NCBI RefSeq assembly: GCF_964213995.1
Contig: NC_135822.1
Coordinates: 14,322,001 to 14,386,000, forward strand
Direction: 5' to 3'
Length of the DNA: 64,000 nt
Source: Mustelus asterias
Taxonomy: Eukaryota
The translations under genes and the position numbers were made by a program. The notes beneath the pieces were generated by a model. That model worked only from the letters and a program-made list of their open reading frames with translations. It searched no databases and was not told the DNA's origin. Shown here piece after piece: positions 1 to 12,840 of this stretch; position 1 is the first letter of the stretch, and each line of letters begins with the position of its first letter.

Positions 1-1048
1 GTGCCTTTAAATATACTTCAAAACACCGTCCAGATAAACATGTGGCCAACACAGATGCCTTAAATCACTTGCCACTACCCACCACCCTGCTGCCTTCTCT
101 GAAGATAGATGAAGTCATCATGACTGAACTTCATGGACCCTCCGCCAGCATCCGCCAAGCAGATTCAGCCATGGACCCAAAAGAACCCCATGTTGGCAAA
201 GTTATGTCACATTGTCCTAAGTGGCAGACCACAAGGGTGTCCTATGGAAGATTTAAAACCTTATCTCTCAAAATATCAGGAGTTGAGTATAGAAGATGGC
301 ATCATCTTGTGGGTGATTGTTCTGCATCCATGCCTGCTTCAAGAATTGCACAATGGCAATTTATAAGATGAAAATGCTCAAGGAGCTATGTCTGGTGGCC
401 TGGCATAGACACTGATATCCAAACCCTGGTCAAGCTGTGCAAAACCAGAAGCAGCCTCATGCACCATTGGGAATGTCCGGGGAAACCCTGGGTGCGAGTA
501 CATGCAGACTTTGCAAGGCTGTTTATAAGCTTTTATGTTTTTAATCCTCTCATTTTAAAATGGATTGATGTGCACTGGATGGCCTCTACTATCTCTTAGA
601 GTACCATAGAGAAACTCCAGCAAACCTTTGGTATGCATGGCATACCTGAGATTCTTGTAACAGACAACGGGATCCCATTTACCCCAGCAGGGAGTTTCAG
701 ACCTTCGTGGCTATAAATGGAGTAAGGCACAGCCGCACAGCACCCTTTCACCCATCCTCAAAGGACTGGCTGAACAGACAGTCCAGACATTCAAAAGTGG
801 CATGAAGAAATGAACCACAGGTTTTTTGGAAACAGAGCTTGAACATATTTTTTTCAACTGTCGGATATGCCACATATGACGATGGGAATAGCTCCGGTGG
901 AGCTATTGATGGGCTGATGCCTTTGGACAAGGATTAGCCTGATGTTCCCAAATTTGTATTAAAACAAGAAGCCAAGAAAAGGGGCCACGATGGTCAGAGA
1001 CCAGATAGTCTTCAAGCTGGGAGATACATTCCACGTGAGGAACTTCAG
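1..1048 (+). mobile_element. Gypsy/Ty3 LTR retrotransposon, decayed integrase (5' part)
   Basis: Frame-broken motifs ELSIEDGIILW, RSYVWWPGIDTDI, PGKPWVRVHADF, HGIPEILVTDNG, TAPFHPSS..LAEQTVQTFK; ends at VRNF before a CR1 insertion. Confidence 0.88.
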
Positions 1049-4000
1049 AGAAACCAAAGACAAAAATCAAAAAGGGTCACAGTGGGAGAGACTGTGGAGA
1101 ATTCAGTGAATGGGTCCAGTGAGGCGAAGAGAAATAAAACATGGAGAGTGTACAAAATATGACAGGACAGATGGTCTGAAGTGTGTTTGCTTTAACGCAA
1201 GGAGTATGACAGGTAAGGCAGATGAACTTAAAAGCTTGGATTACTACATGGAACAATGAAGTTGTGACAATTACGGAGACTTGGATGAAAGAAGGACAGG
1301 ACTGGCAGCTTTTCATTCCAAGATTTAGATACTTCAGGTGAGATAGAGAGGGTGACAAAAGAGGTGGTGTGTTGCTTTACAGATTAGGGAGGATGTCACA
1401 GCTATATAGAGGGAGAGCAGCTTGATGGTATCATGCAGTGAGGCCATATGTGTAGAACTCGGGAATAGGAGCAGTGCAATCACACTGGGGTTATACTACA
1501 GACCTCCAACAGCCAGCGTGAAGTGGAGGAACTGATATGTCAGCAGATTATGGTAAGATGTAAAAACAACAGGGCTATTGTGATGAGTGATTTTAAATGC
1601 CCCAACATTGACTGGGATTCCTTTAGTGCCGGGAGCTTGGACGGGGCAGAGTTTGTTCAATGTGTCCAAGAGTGCTTCTTAAGGCAACATGTCGATAGTC
1701 CAACTTGGGAAGGGGCTACCTTAGGCCTAGTTCCGGGATAAAAACCCGGACAGGTGATTGATGTCTTATTGGAGGACCATTTTGGGAACATGATCACAAT
1801 TCTATAAGTTTCAAGATTCTTGTAGAAAAGGATAGAAGTAGTCCCAGAGTGAGTACTAAACTGGGGGACGGTTAACTACGACAGTCTTAGGCAGGAGCTA
1901 GGGAATGTAGACTGGGGGTGGCTGTTTGAGGGTAAATCCACATCCGATATCTGGGAGTCTATTAAAAGTCAGTTGTTAACAATTAAGACGAGTATGTCAC
2001 TGTAAAAATGACGGATAAAAATGGCAAGATTTGGGAACCCTGGATGACGAGAGATTGTAAACTTAGTGAAAAAGAAGAAGGTGGCATACGTAAATTTCAG
2101 GAAATTGAAAATAGATAAGGCTCTTGAGAAATACAAAAATAGCAGGAAAGAGCTTAAACAGAGACTTGGGAGGGCAAAAAGGGGCCATGAAATGTCATTG
2201 GCAGGCAGGATTAAGGAGAATCCTAAGGCTTTTTATGCATATATAAGGAGGAAGAGTGTCGCTAAGGAAAGGATGGGTCCGCTCGGAAGGACCTATCCTT
2301 TGGAGGGAATTTGTGTGTGGAGTCAGATGAGGTGGGTGAGGTCCTTAATGAGTACTTTGCATCAGTAGTCGCAAAGAAGAAGGATGTGGTGGATGGTGAG
2401 TGTAGAAAGGAGGATATTGACATTCTAGGACACGTTGAGGTAAAAAGGGAGGAGATATTGGAGGTTTTGGAAAACATTAAGGTGGACAAGTTCCCAGGAC
2501 CAGATAGTATCTAGCCCAGAATACTGAGAGGTGAGGGAAGAAATTGCTGAGGCCTTGGCCAAAATCCTCTCTAGCCATGGGCGAGGTACCAGAGGATTGG
2601 AAAGTGGCTAACATTGTTCTGTTTAAGAAGGGCAGAAGAGACAATCCTGGAAATTACAACCCTGTGAGCCTTACATCAGTGGGGAAATTATTGGAGAAGA
2701 TTCTTAGGGACAGGATGTACTCGCATCTGGAAGAGAATAGGCTTATTAACAATAGGCAGCATGGTTTTGTGAAGGGGAGATCATGTCTCACAAACTTGAT
2801 TGAATTCTTTAAGGAAGTGACAAGAAAAATTGACCAGGGCAGGGCAGCGGATGTTGTATACATGGACTTTAGTAAAGCCTTCGATAAGGTTCGTCATGGC
2901 AGGCTGATACAGAAGGTGAACTCATATAGGATCTGAAGTGAACTGGTAAGATGAATACAAAACTGGCTTAAGCATAGAAAGTAGCAGTGGAAGGGTACTT
3001 TTCTAACTGAAGGTCTGTGACAAGTGGTGTTTCACAAGGATCAGTGCAGGGGCCTCTATTGTTTGTAATATTTATAAATGATTTGGAGGAAAATGTAGGT
3101 GGTCTGATTAGTAAATCTGCCGATGGTACAAAAATTAGGGGAGTAGTGAGGAGGATTGTCAGAGGATACAGCAAGGTATAAATCGGCTGGAGACCTGGGC
3201 GAAAGATGGCAGATGGAATTTAACCCAGACAAATGTGAGGTGATGCGATTTGGAAGTCTACCGCAGAAGGAAAGTATACAGTAAATGGTAGAGCACTTAG
3301 AAATATTAGCCAACAGAAGGATCTAGGCGTGCAGATCCACAGTTCCCTGAATGTGGCAATTCAGGTGGTAAAGAAGGTATATGGTGCGCTGGCCTTCAGT
3401 CAGAGTGTTGAGAATAGGAATTGGAAAATCATGTTGCAGCTGTATAAGACGTTCGTTAGGCCGCATTTGGAGTATTGTGTGCAATTCTGGTCGCCACACT
3501 ACCGGAAGGATGTTGATGCATTGAAAAGGGTGCAGAAAAGATTTACCAGGATGTTGCCTGGTTTAGAGGATATGGACTATGAAGAAAGGTTGAACAAACT
3601 TGGATTGCTTTCATTGGAGCGTCGGAAGATGAGGGGGTACCTGATAGAGGTTTACAAGATTATGACAGGTTTGGATAGAGTGGATAGTCAGTCTTTTTCC
3701 CAGGGTCGAAGGGTCAATTACTCGGGGGCATAGGTTGAGAGTGAGAAGGGGAAGAGATGTAAGGGGCTGGTTTTTCACAGAGGATGGTGAACGCCGGAAC
3801 GTGCTGCCGGAGGGGATGGTGGAAGCAGATTCTGTAACAACGTTCAAGAGGCATTTGGATAGATACATGAGCCTGAGACTCCGAAAGCTAGTGCTGCCAA
3901 ATAAACCTGTTGGACTTTAACCTGGTGTTGTGCGACTTCTTACTGTGCTTACCCCAGTCCAATGCCGGCATCTCCACATCATGGCTACCACCGACACCAC

Positions 4001-4242
4001 AAACTGCCAGCTCCAAGTGGAGAGGATCTCCAAGAAGAGCCTGAGACTCCAAAAGCTAGTGTTGCCAAATAAACCTGTTGGATTTTAACCTGGTGTTGTG
4101 AGACGTCTTACTGTAGATACATGAAAAGGCAGGAAATAGAGGTATATGGAGCACAAAGAGACAAGAAAATATTAGATTAGAGAGTCATCTGTGTCGGCAC
4201 AGACTTGGTGGGCCAAAGGGCCTGTTCTTGTGCTGTACTATT
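1049..4242 (+). mobile_element. CR1 LINE, near-complete decayed ORF2 (APE endonuclease + RT) and 3' UTR
   Basis: LKCVCFNARS (APE start), PVSLTSVGKLLE, QHGFVKGRSCLTNL, DFSKAFDKV, RPHLEYCVQFWSP; 6-bp TSD CTTCAG at 1043-1048 and 4243-4248. Confidence 0.93.
3871..4113 (+). mobile_element. Penelope-like (family B) pseudo-LTR fragment, partial tandem, inserted in CR1
   Basis: Two copies of the GCCTGAGACTCC(G/A)AAAGCTAGTG...CTTACTG unit separated by a putative ORF start (MATTDTTNCQLQVERISKK); 11-bp TSD TAGATACATGA at 3860-3870 and 4114-4124; similar to the 14404-15080 element. Confidence 0.8.
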
Positions 4243-4686
4243 CTTCAGCAATGGCTGTCCATGGATTCCGGGAGTTATTCTCAAAAAAACAGGACCGGTG
4301 TCATGTAAGGTGCAAACCAGAGAGAAGACCTTCAAAGTGCACATCGAGCGCCTCCATCATAGGGAACCCTCCACAGAGACAATGGGTTCTATGGACATGT
4401 CACCATCTGCATCCTTCACACCGGCCTGTGCATGGGACATTCAGTCCACTAAAACCTCAAGAGCCAGTCCTCGGAACGCTGATGATTTTGGCTGAGATAT
4501 GGAGATAGAGGTGGTGGAAACTTAGTCAGAGATCGCCACCAAGGATGAGCTTTGGTGCTTACCGACCAGTTATACACCCCCAAACAGACCCTACAAGTGC
4601 TGGAGATGAGGCCACGAGTGAAGAGATGGAGAAGGCCCCAGCATCATGGGAACAAGGGGAAGCCTTCGGACTCAAAAGTGGAGGGG
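4243..4686 (+). mobile_element. Gypsy integrase C-terminus (GPY/F-type region) and 3' UTR with polypurine tract
   Basis: SNGCPWIPGVILKKTGPVSCKV...KVHIERL continues the frame interrupted at 1048; purine tract AAAAGTGGAGGGG directly before the LTR. Confidence 0.85.
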
Positions 4687-4955
4687 TGTGATAACCCCCA
4701 CAAGATCCATGGGGAATCACTATTTAATCTCCCTGTGGGGCTGGTTGAGAATGAGTTCCCCTGGTAACAGGCAATGGCTTGCCCAGCTGGAACTCATTAC
4801 CGAGGCCTTTTATAAGGCAGACCCAGGACTGGGCCTGCAAAATTCCTTGTCCCAAGCAGGGACTAGTGTACGTACGTACATCATGGTAGTGGTTTTACTG
4901 TGCTTTCTGTAAATAATCTATGTTCCTTTCCAGTTGGGTTTCCTGAGTTATTACA
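4687..4955 (+). mobile_element. 3' LTR of the Gypsy element
   Basis: TGTGATAAC...GTTATTACA inverted termini, internal TATAAG, follows the polypurine tract. Confidence 0.82.
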
Positions 4956-5172
4956 GTGATCGATAGCCTATCCCCAGATATGAAGAGAGAGAAGTCAAGG
5001 AAGGGAATAGATGAGTTGGACATGCATCATGTAAAAGTGAGTGAAGAGTGGGAATTGGAAGCAAAGTTGATGAGATTTTCCAGTTTGGGATTAGAGCCAG
5101 AAATGGTACCAATGTACTGAAAGAGAGATGAAGGTGGGAATATGAATAGGTGTTGGGCAAATAATGTTCCAC
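4956..5172 (-). mobile_element. Penelope-like (family A) RT remnant, left piece
   Basis: Minus-strand SIPFLDFSLFISGDRL; joins 9201 onward once the solo LTR is removed. Confidence 0.8.
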
Positions 5173-6032
5173 TGTGACACAACTGTACCTTTTAAAGGTA
5201 TTTTTAATCATTGTTCTCTGCTGTTATACGCAGGCACCGAGCTGTCTGCTTAGAAGTCCTTTTATTGCTGCTTAAATGGTTTAAATGGGGTTTTGCTTAT
5301 TTTTACTCTGAGCCTCATGCAGTGCCTGGTATTTTTATGACTGAATTGTTGGAGGAAGAATGCTGGATAGGTCAGGTGCCTTTGGACCATTTTAAAATTT
5401 TACTTTCAGTTTTTTGGACTGCTGGCTGCTGTGTTTTAATTAGAAGGCGTTTTTACTTCAGGCAGGTTTTTTCTCTCTCTCCCTGGTATTGTAAATTCTG
5501 CTGGTAGCTGGAAGCAGGTTGTCTTGCCTTTCTTAAGTGAAAATTCTGCTGTTGATGGTTTGCTAATGAGGTAAGCATCGTGTCTGTCTCTTGAAGTGGT
5601 TTGCTGGGGTAAAACTAGAGGCCAGCAGTGGCAGTATCGCTACCTCAAGGTCTGCTGGACGTTGCAAGGCTGGGAAGTCAGAGTTTCAATTCTCCAACCA
5701 TAGGACTAAGTTCCAGCTCGTGCGCATTCTTATTTTTTGTGTTAAACCTGTGGCAGGGGTATGTTTTTAAGGAGATTTGCTGTATTGGAACAGTGCATTT
5801 AGTTAAGGTTTATACAATATCATGGTTGTTATTTTTTCTTGTTTGTAATGGGTAAATGTAATTGCTAATATTCTCTTTCTATACATATATATATATATAT
5901 ATAATATATATATTAACTGTATTCTTAAATAAACTTTGTTTGATAAAAGCTCTCCAGTGGGTCATTTTAATCATATCTAAAGTGAAACATCTCATGCTTA
6001 CCCTAGCCAAATTCAAATTGCAAATCTTATGA

Positions 6033-9000
6033 ATCATAGAATCATAGAAACCCTACAGTGCAGAAGGAGGCCATTTGGCCCATCGAGTCTGCACGGACAA
6101 CAATCCCACCCCGGGCCCTATCCCCACAACCCCACACATTTACCCCCACTAATCCCTCAAACCTACACATCCTGGGACACTATGGGCAAAGTAGCATGGC
6201 CAACCAACCTAACCTGCGCATCTTTGGACTATGGGAGGAAACCAGAGCACCCGGAGGAAACCCACGCAGACACGGGGAGAACAGTTTGAATATCCAGGGG
6301 TATCAAACTGTTCGGAGGGACCGACTGGAAGGTAAGGGAGGTGGTGTAGCTCTGATATTTAAGGATATCAGGGCGGTAGTGAAAGATGATATAGGTTCTA
6401 TGGGAAAAAAAGGTTGAATCCATTTGGGTGGAAATTAGAAATAGTAAGGAGAAAAAGTTACTGGTAGGCATAGTCTATAGGCCACCAAATAATGACATAT
6501 AATGGTGGGGCGAGAAATAAACAAAGAAATAACTGATGCGTGTAAAAATGGTACAGCAATTATCATGGGGGATTTTAATCTACATATCGATTGGTCAAAC
6601 CAGGTCGGTCAAAGCAGCCTTGAGGAGGAGTTCATAGAATGTATCCACAATAGCTACCTTGAACAGTATGTAATGGAACTGACAAGGGAGCAATCTATTC
6701 TAGATCTGGTCCTGTGTAATGAGACGGGAATAATTAATGATCTTGCAGTTAGGGATCCTCTTGGAAGAAGTGATCACAGTATGGTTGAATTTAAAATACA
6801 GTTGGAGCGTGAGTAGATAAAATCCAATACCAGTGTCTTGTGCTTAAACAAAGGAGACTATAAAGGGATGAGGGAGGAGTCGGCTAAGGTAGACTGGGAG
6901 CAAAAACCTTATGGCTGGACAATTGAGGAACAGTGGAGGACTTTCAAAGCGATCTTTCACAGTGCTCAGCAGAAGTATATACCAGTGATAAGGAGGGACT
7001 TTCAAAAAAGTGATAATCAGCCATGGATATCTAAGGAAATAAAGGAGGGTATCAAATTGAAAGAAAATGCATACAAAGTGGCAAAGATTAGTGGGAACCT
7101 AGAGGATTGGGAAATCTTTAAAAGTCAGCAGAAAGCCATGAAAAAAGCTATAAAGAAAGGTAAGATGGATTATGAGAGTAAACTAGCTCAGAATATAAAA
7201 ACAGATAGCAAAAGTTTCTATAAATATATAAAATGAAAAAGAGTGGCGAAAGTAAACATTGGTCCTTTAGAGGATGAGAAAGGGGATGTAATAACTGGAA
7301 ATGAGAAAATGGCTGAGGCATTGAACAGGTATTTTGGGTTGGTTTTCACAGTGGAAGACACAAATAACGTGCCAAAAATTGATGACAGGAAGGCTATGGC
7401 AGGTGAGAACCTAGAAACTATCATTATCACGAAAGAGGTAGTGTTGGGCAAGTTAATGGGGCGAAAGGTAGACAAGTCTCCTGGTCCTGATGGAATGCAT
7501 CCCAGGTATTAAAAGAGATGGCGGGAGAAATAGCAAATGCACCAGTGGTAATTTACCAAGATTCGCTGGAACCTGGGGTGGTTCCCACAGATTGGAAAAC
7601 AGCAAATGTGACGCCGCTGTTTAAAAAAGGAGGTAGACAAAAGGCAAGTAACTATAGGCCGGTTAGCTTAACTTCTGTAGTGGGGAAAATGCTTGAATCT
7701 ATCATCAAGGAAGAAATAGCGAGACATCTGGATATAAATTGTCCCATTGGTGAGACGCAGCATGGGTTCATGAAGGGCAGGTCATGTTTGACTAATTTGG
7801 TGGAATTCTTTGAGAACATTACATGTGCAGTGGGCAATGGGGAACCTGTGGATGTGGTGTATCTGGATTTCCAGAAGGCATTTGACAAGGTGCCGCACCA
7901 AAGACTGCTACATAAGATAAAGGTGCACAGTGTTACGGGTAATGTATTAGCACGGATAGAGGATTGGTTAACTAACAGAAAGCAAAGAGTGGGGGTAAGT
8001 GGGTGTTTTTCTGGTTGGTGATCAGTGACTAGTGGTGTGCCTCAGGGATCAGTGTTGGGACCGCAATTGTTTACGATTTACATAGATGATTTGGAGTTGA
8101 GGACCAAGTGTAGTGTGTGAAAATTCGCAGATGACACTAAGATGGATGGAAGAGCAAAGTGTGCAGAGGATGCTGAAAGTCTGCAAAGGGATATAGATAA
8201 TCTAAGTGAGTGGGCGAGGGTCTGGCAGATGGAGTACAATGTTGGTAAATGTGAGGTCATCCATTTTGGTAGGAATAACAGCAAAATGGACTATTATTTA
8301 AATAGTAAAAAAATGCAGCAGCTGCCGTGCAGAGGGACCTGGGTGTCCTTGTGCAGGAATCTCAGAGTTGATTTGCAGGTGCAGCAGGTAATTAAGAAGG
8401 CAAATGGAATCTTGTCCTTCATTGCTAGAGAGATGGAGTTTAAAAACAGCGAGATTATGTTGCAACTGTATAAAGTGCTGGTGAGGCCACACCTGGAGTA
8501 CTGTGTACAGTTTTGATCTCCTTACTTGAGAAAGGATATACTGGCACTGGAGGGGGTGCAGAGGAGATTCACTAGGTTGATTCCGGAGTTGAGGGTTGGC
8601 TTATGAGGAGAGACTGAGTAGACTGGGGCTGTACTCATTGGAATTCAGAAGAATGAGGGGAGATCTTAGAAACATATTATGAAGGGAATAGATAAGATAG
8701 AAGCAGGAAAGTTGTTTCCACTGGCGGGTGAAACTAGAACTAGGGGGCATAGCCTCAAAATAAGGGGAAGCAGATTTAGGACTGAGTTGAGGAGGAACTT
8801 CTTCACACAAAGGGTTGTGAATCTGTGGAATTCCCTGCCCGGTGAAGCAGTTGAGGCTACCTCATTGAATGTTTTTAAGGCAAGGATAGATAAATTTCTG
8901 AACAGTAAAGGAATTAAAGGTTATGGTGAACGGGTGGGTAAGTGGAGCTGAGTCCACAAAAAGATCAGCCATGATCTTATTGAATGGTGGAGCAGGCTCG

Positions 9001-9140
9001 AGGGGCCAGATGGCCGACTCCTGCTCCTAGTTCTTATGTTCTTATTAACGTGCAAACTCCGCACAGACAGTGACCCAAGCCCGGAATTGAACTCAGGTCC
9101 CTGGTGCTGTGAGGCAGCAGTGCTAACCACTGTGCCGCCC
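6033..9140 (-). mobile_element. HE1/V-SINE (tRNA-derived), split into 6033-6282 and 9047-9140 by a CR1
   Basis: Minus-strand tRNA-like head GGGCGGCACAGTGGTTAGCAC...GTTCAATTCC, V-domain and (TTCTATGA)n tail; 7-bp TSD CTTATGA at 6026-6032 and 9141-9147. Confidence 0.88.
6283..9046 (+). mobile_element. CR1 LINE, 5'-truncated ORF2 with few stops/frameshifts
   Basis: [64 protein letters not shown]; TTCTTATG tail. Confidence 0.95.
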
Positions 9141-9200
9141 CTTATGATCTAGGCGGACTTCATAAAACACTTGGGGGTTTCTGACCTGGATTAACACCAC

Positions 9201-10830
9201 TTATCACACAAAGCGGCAGGCATAGCTAGGATCCATATGGTTTCCCATAGCAACTTCTATTTGGAGGAAGTGAGTGGACTCAAAGCAGGAGTTGTTCAAT
9301 TTGGGAATAGTTCAGCGTGGGGAAGAGAAAACGGGTTCAGTTCCTGTCGAAGGAAGAAATGGAGATTCCTCAGGTTGACCTGATGGAATGTGGAGTTTAA
9401 TTGGGATTTGGTATCAGTGAAGAAAAGGAGACAGGGTTAGCAAACTGGAAACCATTATAATAGCAGGAGCCATTGGAAGAGTTGTGAATGTTGGTGGGAA
9501 TAGATTGGACAAGAGAAGAAAGAAAACAGAATCATGCTTGGCAGAAATCAGTTCTTTGGGGCAAGAGCAGGCTTAAATAATTGGTCTATCAGGGCAGCCC
9601 TCTCTGTGAATCATGAAAAGGAAGTAGAAGTGGACTTTGCAGGATTGGGGTTTACAGTTGACAGCCATGGAGGGAAAATCTGCAGAGAACGAGACCAGTA
9701 ACAGTCCTGAAAACAATGGCATGATGTTAGTGGTGGAGTCATGGTCCCAGAGTTGGCTTTCAGGTTCTGTGAAGAAGAGGTTGGTTCACAAAATGACGTA
9801 AGCTCTATTCCTGTCAGCAGGTTTAATGCATTGTTAGGGTTGGACCTGAAAGAATGGAATGTTGCAAGTTCTAAGGAAGATAGGTTAGACTGAGAAATTG
9901 AGCCAGCTATTGACGCACTGGGAATTCTCAAAATAAATCCATTGAGGGTTAAGACCAAAGAGAATTATGTAGGCGAAACAAGAAATCTGAAGCCATGGGA
10001 GAGTCTGATGAGCAGGTGTAAAACTCCTGGCTAAAGAAGTGGGCATGGAGGTAAAGGTGATGGAGCAAGTCTTAGTGCGTTTTGAGCTCAGCATGGTACT
10101 GAGGTGGGGCAAAAGGTTGTTCAGGGTCAGAGAAGGGATGGGAAGAGGGAATGGTGAAAATATAGCAGGGTGTGAAATTGGAAGAAAGAAGGGTGGGGTA
10201 CCAGGAAAGTGAAGGGGAACAGGATCTGGATATCCAAGAGTTTTTGGAGCTTGTGATCCTTGATACATAAAAGGAAGAAAGAAAACTTTCTTTCAAAGTT
10301 TGGATGAATTGGAACTGTGGACCAGAAGAACCTTTGAGTGCTTCAATGAGGGATTGAGAGTGTGAATGTGCTGGCACAAGGCGTGAATCTCAGGATGCAA
10401 TGCGAGCAATAGTTCAAGGAATGATGAACGCCTGAGATACCTGTAATCGTGGGTAGGTCCATAACATGAAGGGGGGAATTTCCGTTCAAATCGACATGAA
10501 ATAAGTCTGAGCTTGAGACAATGGTTGGGGAAAGAGAAATGGTTGTGAAAATGGGGTTTTGATAAATTCCTGACCAAATACAAGAACGGAACCAGAAAGC
10601 AATGAAGATGAACAAGGTGAAAGAGACAATGTCCTAGAGAAGAACAGAACTTTGCTAAGGTGGGCATTCTTGGAAGAGAAGTAGCAGTGAATTGAACACA
10701 AAACCAAAATACTGCAGATGCCGGAAATCAGAAATAAAGATGTAGAAACTGCTGGAAATACCAAGGCAAGTGGCACCTAGAGAAAGAGAAACAAAGTTAA
10801 CGTTTCAGGTCGATGACCATCAAAGCTAGA
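9201..10830 (-). mobile_element. Penelope-like (family A) element: RT/N-terminal region and pseudo-LTR
   Basis: Minus-strand VAMGNHMDPSYACRFV (PLE RT motif GxAMG..MGPSYA); 10700-10830 matches the family A pseudo-LTR with a decayed hammerhead (GGTCATCGACCTGAAACGTTAAC). Confidence 0.8.
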
Positions 10831-11284
10831 AAAGGTTGATTATCAGGTTTTCAGCAAGTATAGTGGAAAGGAGGGGGAGAAAGAACAAAGGCATAGGTCA
10901 GTGATGAAATGGAAAGCAGAAGAAATTAAATGACAAAAGGAGATGGTAACGGGTCAAATAAAAAAAACAAAAGATGGGACTTGAGAAGCTATACTTGGGA
11001 AAACCCGAATCATCCGCACTAGCTGTTATTTTCTTGTTTTAGGTTATCAACCTTTTCATGGGATTCCTGAAATGGAAATCATTTAGCTTTTTCAGTATCT
11101 TGCCTCTTTTCTCCTGAATAAGATGGCCTTCAATGGAGCCCAGGAGTCTTTCTGTGCATAGACCAGGTGGCTATTCTTCATTTCTGTGCCTTTATAGTGT
11201 AAATCGTAGCTTTATGGTTAGTGCTCTCTACCTCCAGATCCGAAGAGTTGAACACGCAATCTAAGCTTTTTACACTTTCACAGG

Positions 11285-11405
11285 ATGAGCATCTCTAGCT
11301 TGACCAGCATTTATTACCCATCCCTAATTTCTCCTGAGAAAATGATGGTGAGCCACCTTCTTGAATCATTCTGGTCCATGTTGTGTAGGTATACCAACAG
11401 TGCTG
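11285..11405 (-). mobile_element. 3' fragment of the CR1/L2-group LINE family also seen at 32445 and 62930
   Basis: Reverse complement resembles the 3' UTR at 33445-33545. Confidence 0.55.
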
Positions 11406-11439
11406 CCACTCCATTATGGTATCAAGGGAATGCTTCACA

Positions 11440-11720
11440 GTCAGAGGCATTGCGCTTTGAATTAGACATTAGACCAAGGCCCTGTCTGTCCTCTTGGGTA
11501 GAGATAAAAGATCCTTTTGCACTACTCAAAACAGCATGGAAATTTCTAGTGAGCTGGCCAACATTTTGCTACCCTTCACCCCCCCCCCCCCCCCCCCAGC
11601 CAGCTCTCCCAAAAAAGGCTAACTACTCATTTATCTCGCTGCTGTTTGTGGGTCCTTGCTATATGTATTTTTCCTGCTGTATTTGCCTATGGCAAAATGG
11701 TGACCACGCTCGGGATTGGC
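11440..11720 (+). mobile_element. Old Deu-domain SINE (SacSINE1-like)
   Basis: AGACATTAGACCAAGGCCCTGTCTGTCCTCTTGGGTAGAGATAAAAGATCC resembles the Deu core as I recall it. Confidence 0.6.
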
Positions 11721-12289
11721 TCAGGGATGTCTCGTATGTCTATGGGTGCCTTTACTCTCTAGGTGTTTGGAGGAACATGAAATTGTTTATTGACAATGAA
11801 ACTCTGTTTCCTTGTTTGCTTTCTCCGGAACTCCCTGGACCATATGCCATCAGTAACAAAGAAGACAGATTGAAAATGTGCTCCCTGGCATCTGCACTTG
11901 ACACTAAAAGGATGATATTTAGTGCAGGCAAAGGGGCTCTCGCCTGGCAGTGAGGGGCTCTCACCTGGAGAGCCAGCAAGAACTCCACATTGTCTCCTTT
12001 GGGGAAGGTTGTCTATGGAACCTACGAGAAAATGTGCCATACACAGTAGAAAATTGTATGCAAAAGTGCAGTGGTTATGTAGAATCCAAAGAATCTCTAC
12101 AGTGCAGAAAGAGACAGTTCAGCCCATCAAATCTGCACTGACTCTCTCTGAAAGAGAATCTTACACATGTAAGATATTAAAGGACAGTGGTTGAATATTT
12201 GAAAAAGAAAATTTAAACATGTATGGCAAAAGGGCTTGAGTCACAGCTCATTTTTATTGAAAGGGGAGGAATGGCCTCCTGTAATTTTG

Positions 12290-12512
12290 GTAGTTAGCCA
12301 TGGGTCAACAAAGGACCAAAGATACCTCTCTCCATTAGAGAGAAATAATTGGTTTTGTGTTGCTTGAGGGGCACCATTTCATAAGCATGGGAGAAGGTGA
12401 GGAGACTTGTCTTCATGAGCTACCACAGCTGGCACAGAGATTGAACCCATGCTGTTAGCATTATTCTGCAAATCACTCTAGTTATCTAGCCAACTGAGGC
12501 AATGAACCCCCA
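12290..12512 (-). mobile_element. Old tRNA-derived SINE
   Basis: Minus-strand A-box-like CCTCAGTTGGCTAGA and B-box-like GGGTTCAATCTC. Confidence 0.55.
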
Positions 12513-12840
12513 GCCCTCCTGTTGTGCTGTAAAATTGTACAATTATATAATTCCACGGCTTCTGACCTTAATTGTGGATGATGTGTGGCTTGGCAAGACA
12601 ATCAAGAAGGTAACAGGATGAAATAAAACATCATTTGGGGAAAATAAATCTCCAGAAGTCAACATTTGTTCCACATGAGAAGTATCTTCAAAGTAAAGGT
12701 TTAAATAAAACAGATCCTAATTCCGAATAAAAATCAAACAGTTAACTCATCACGTTGCGTGTCATTACACTTTGGAAGGTTTAGTTAATCTTTTATGCCT
12801 GATCTTTTGATTCAATCAATTTGTTAAGGATACTGAAGAA

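Larger units (their letters stand above)
5173..9196 (+). mobile_element. Solo LTR (5173-6032 plus 9148-9196) interrupted by a SINE and a CR1
   Basis: TG...CA termini, AATAAA near 5928, 4-bp TSD CCAC at 5169-5172 and 9197-9200. Confidence 0.72.

Noticed and set aside
6283-9046. Active CR1 reverse transcriptase gene
   Set aside because: 5'-truncated with several in-frame stops and frameshifts
11285-11953. Longest ORF (222 aa) as a host gene
   Set aside because: It runs across a minus-strand LINE tail, a Deu-SINE and a poly-C run; no recognisable domain
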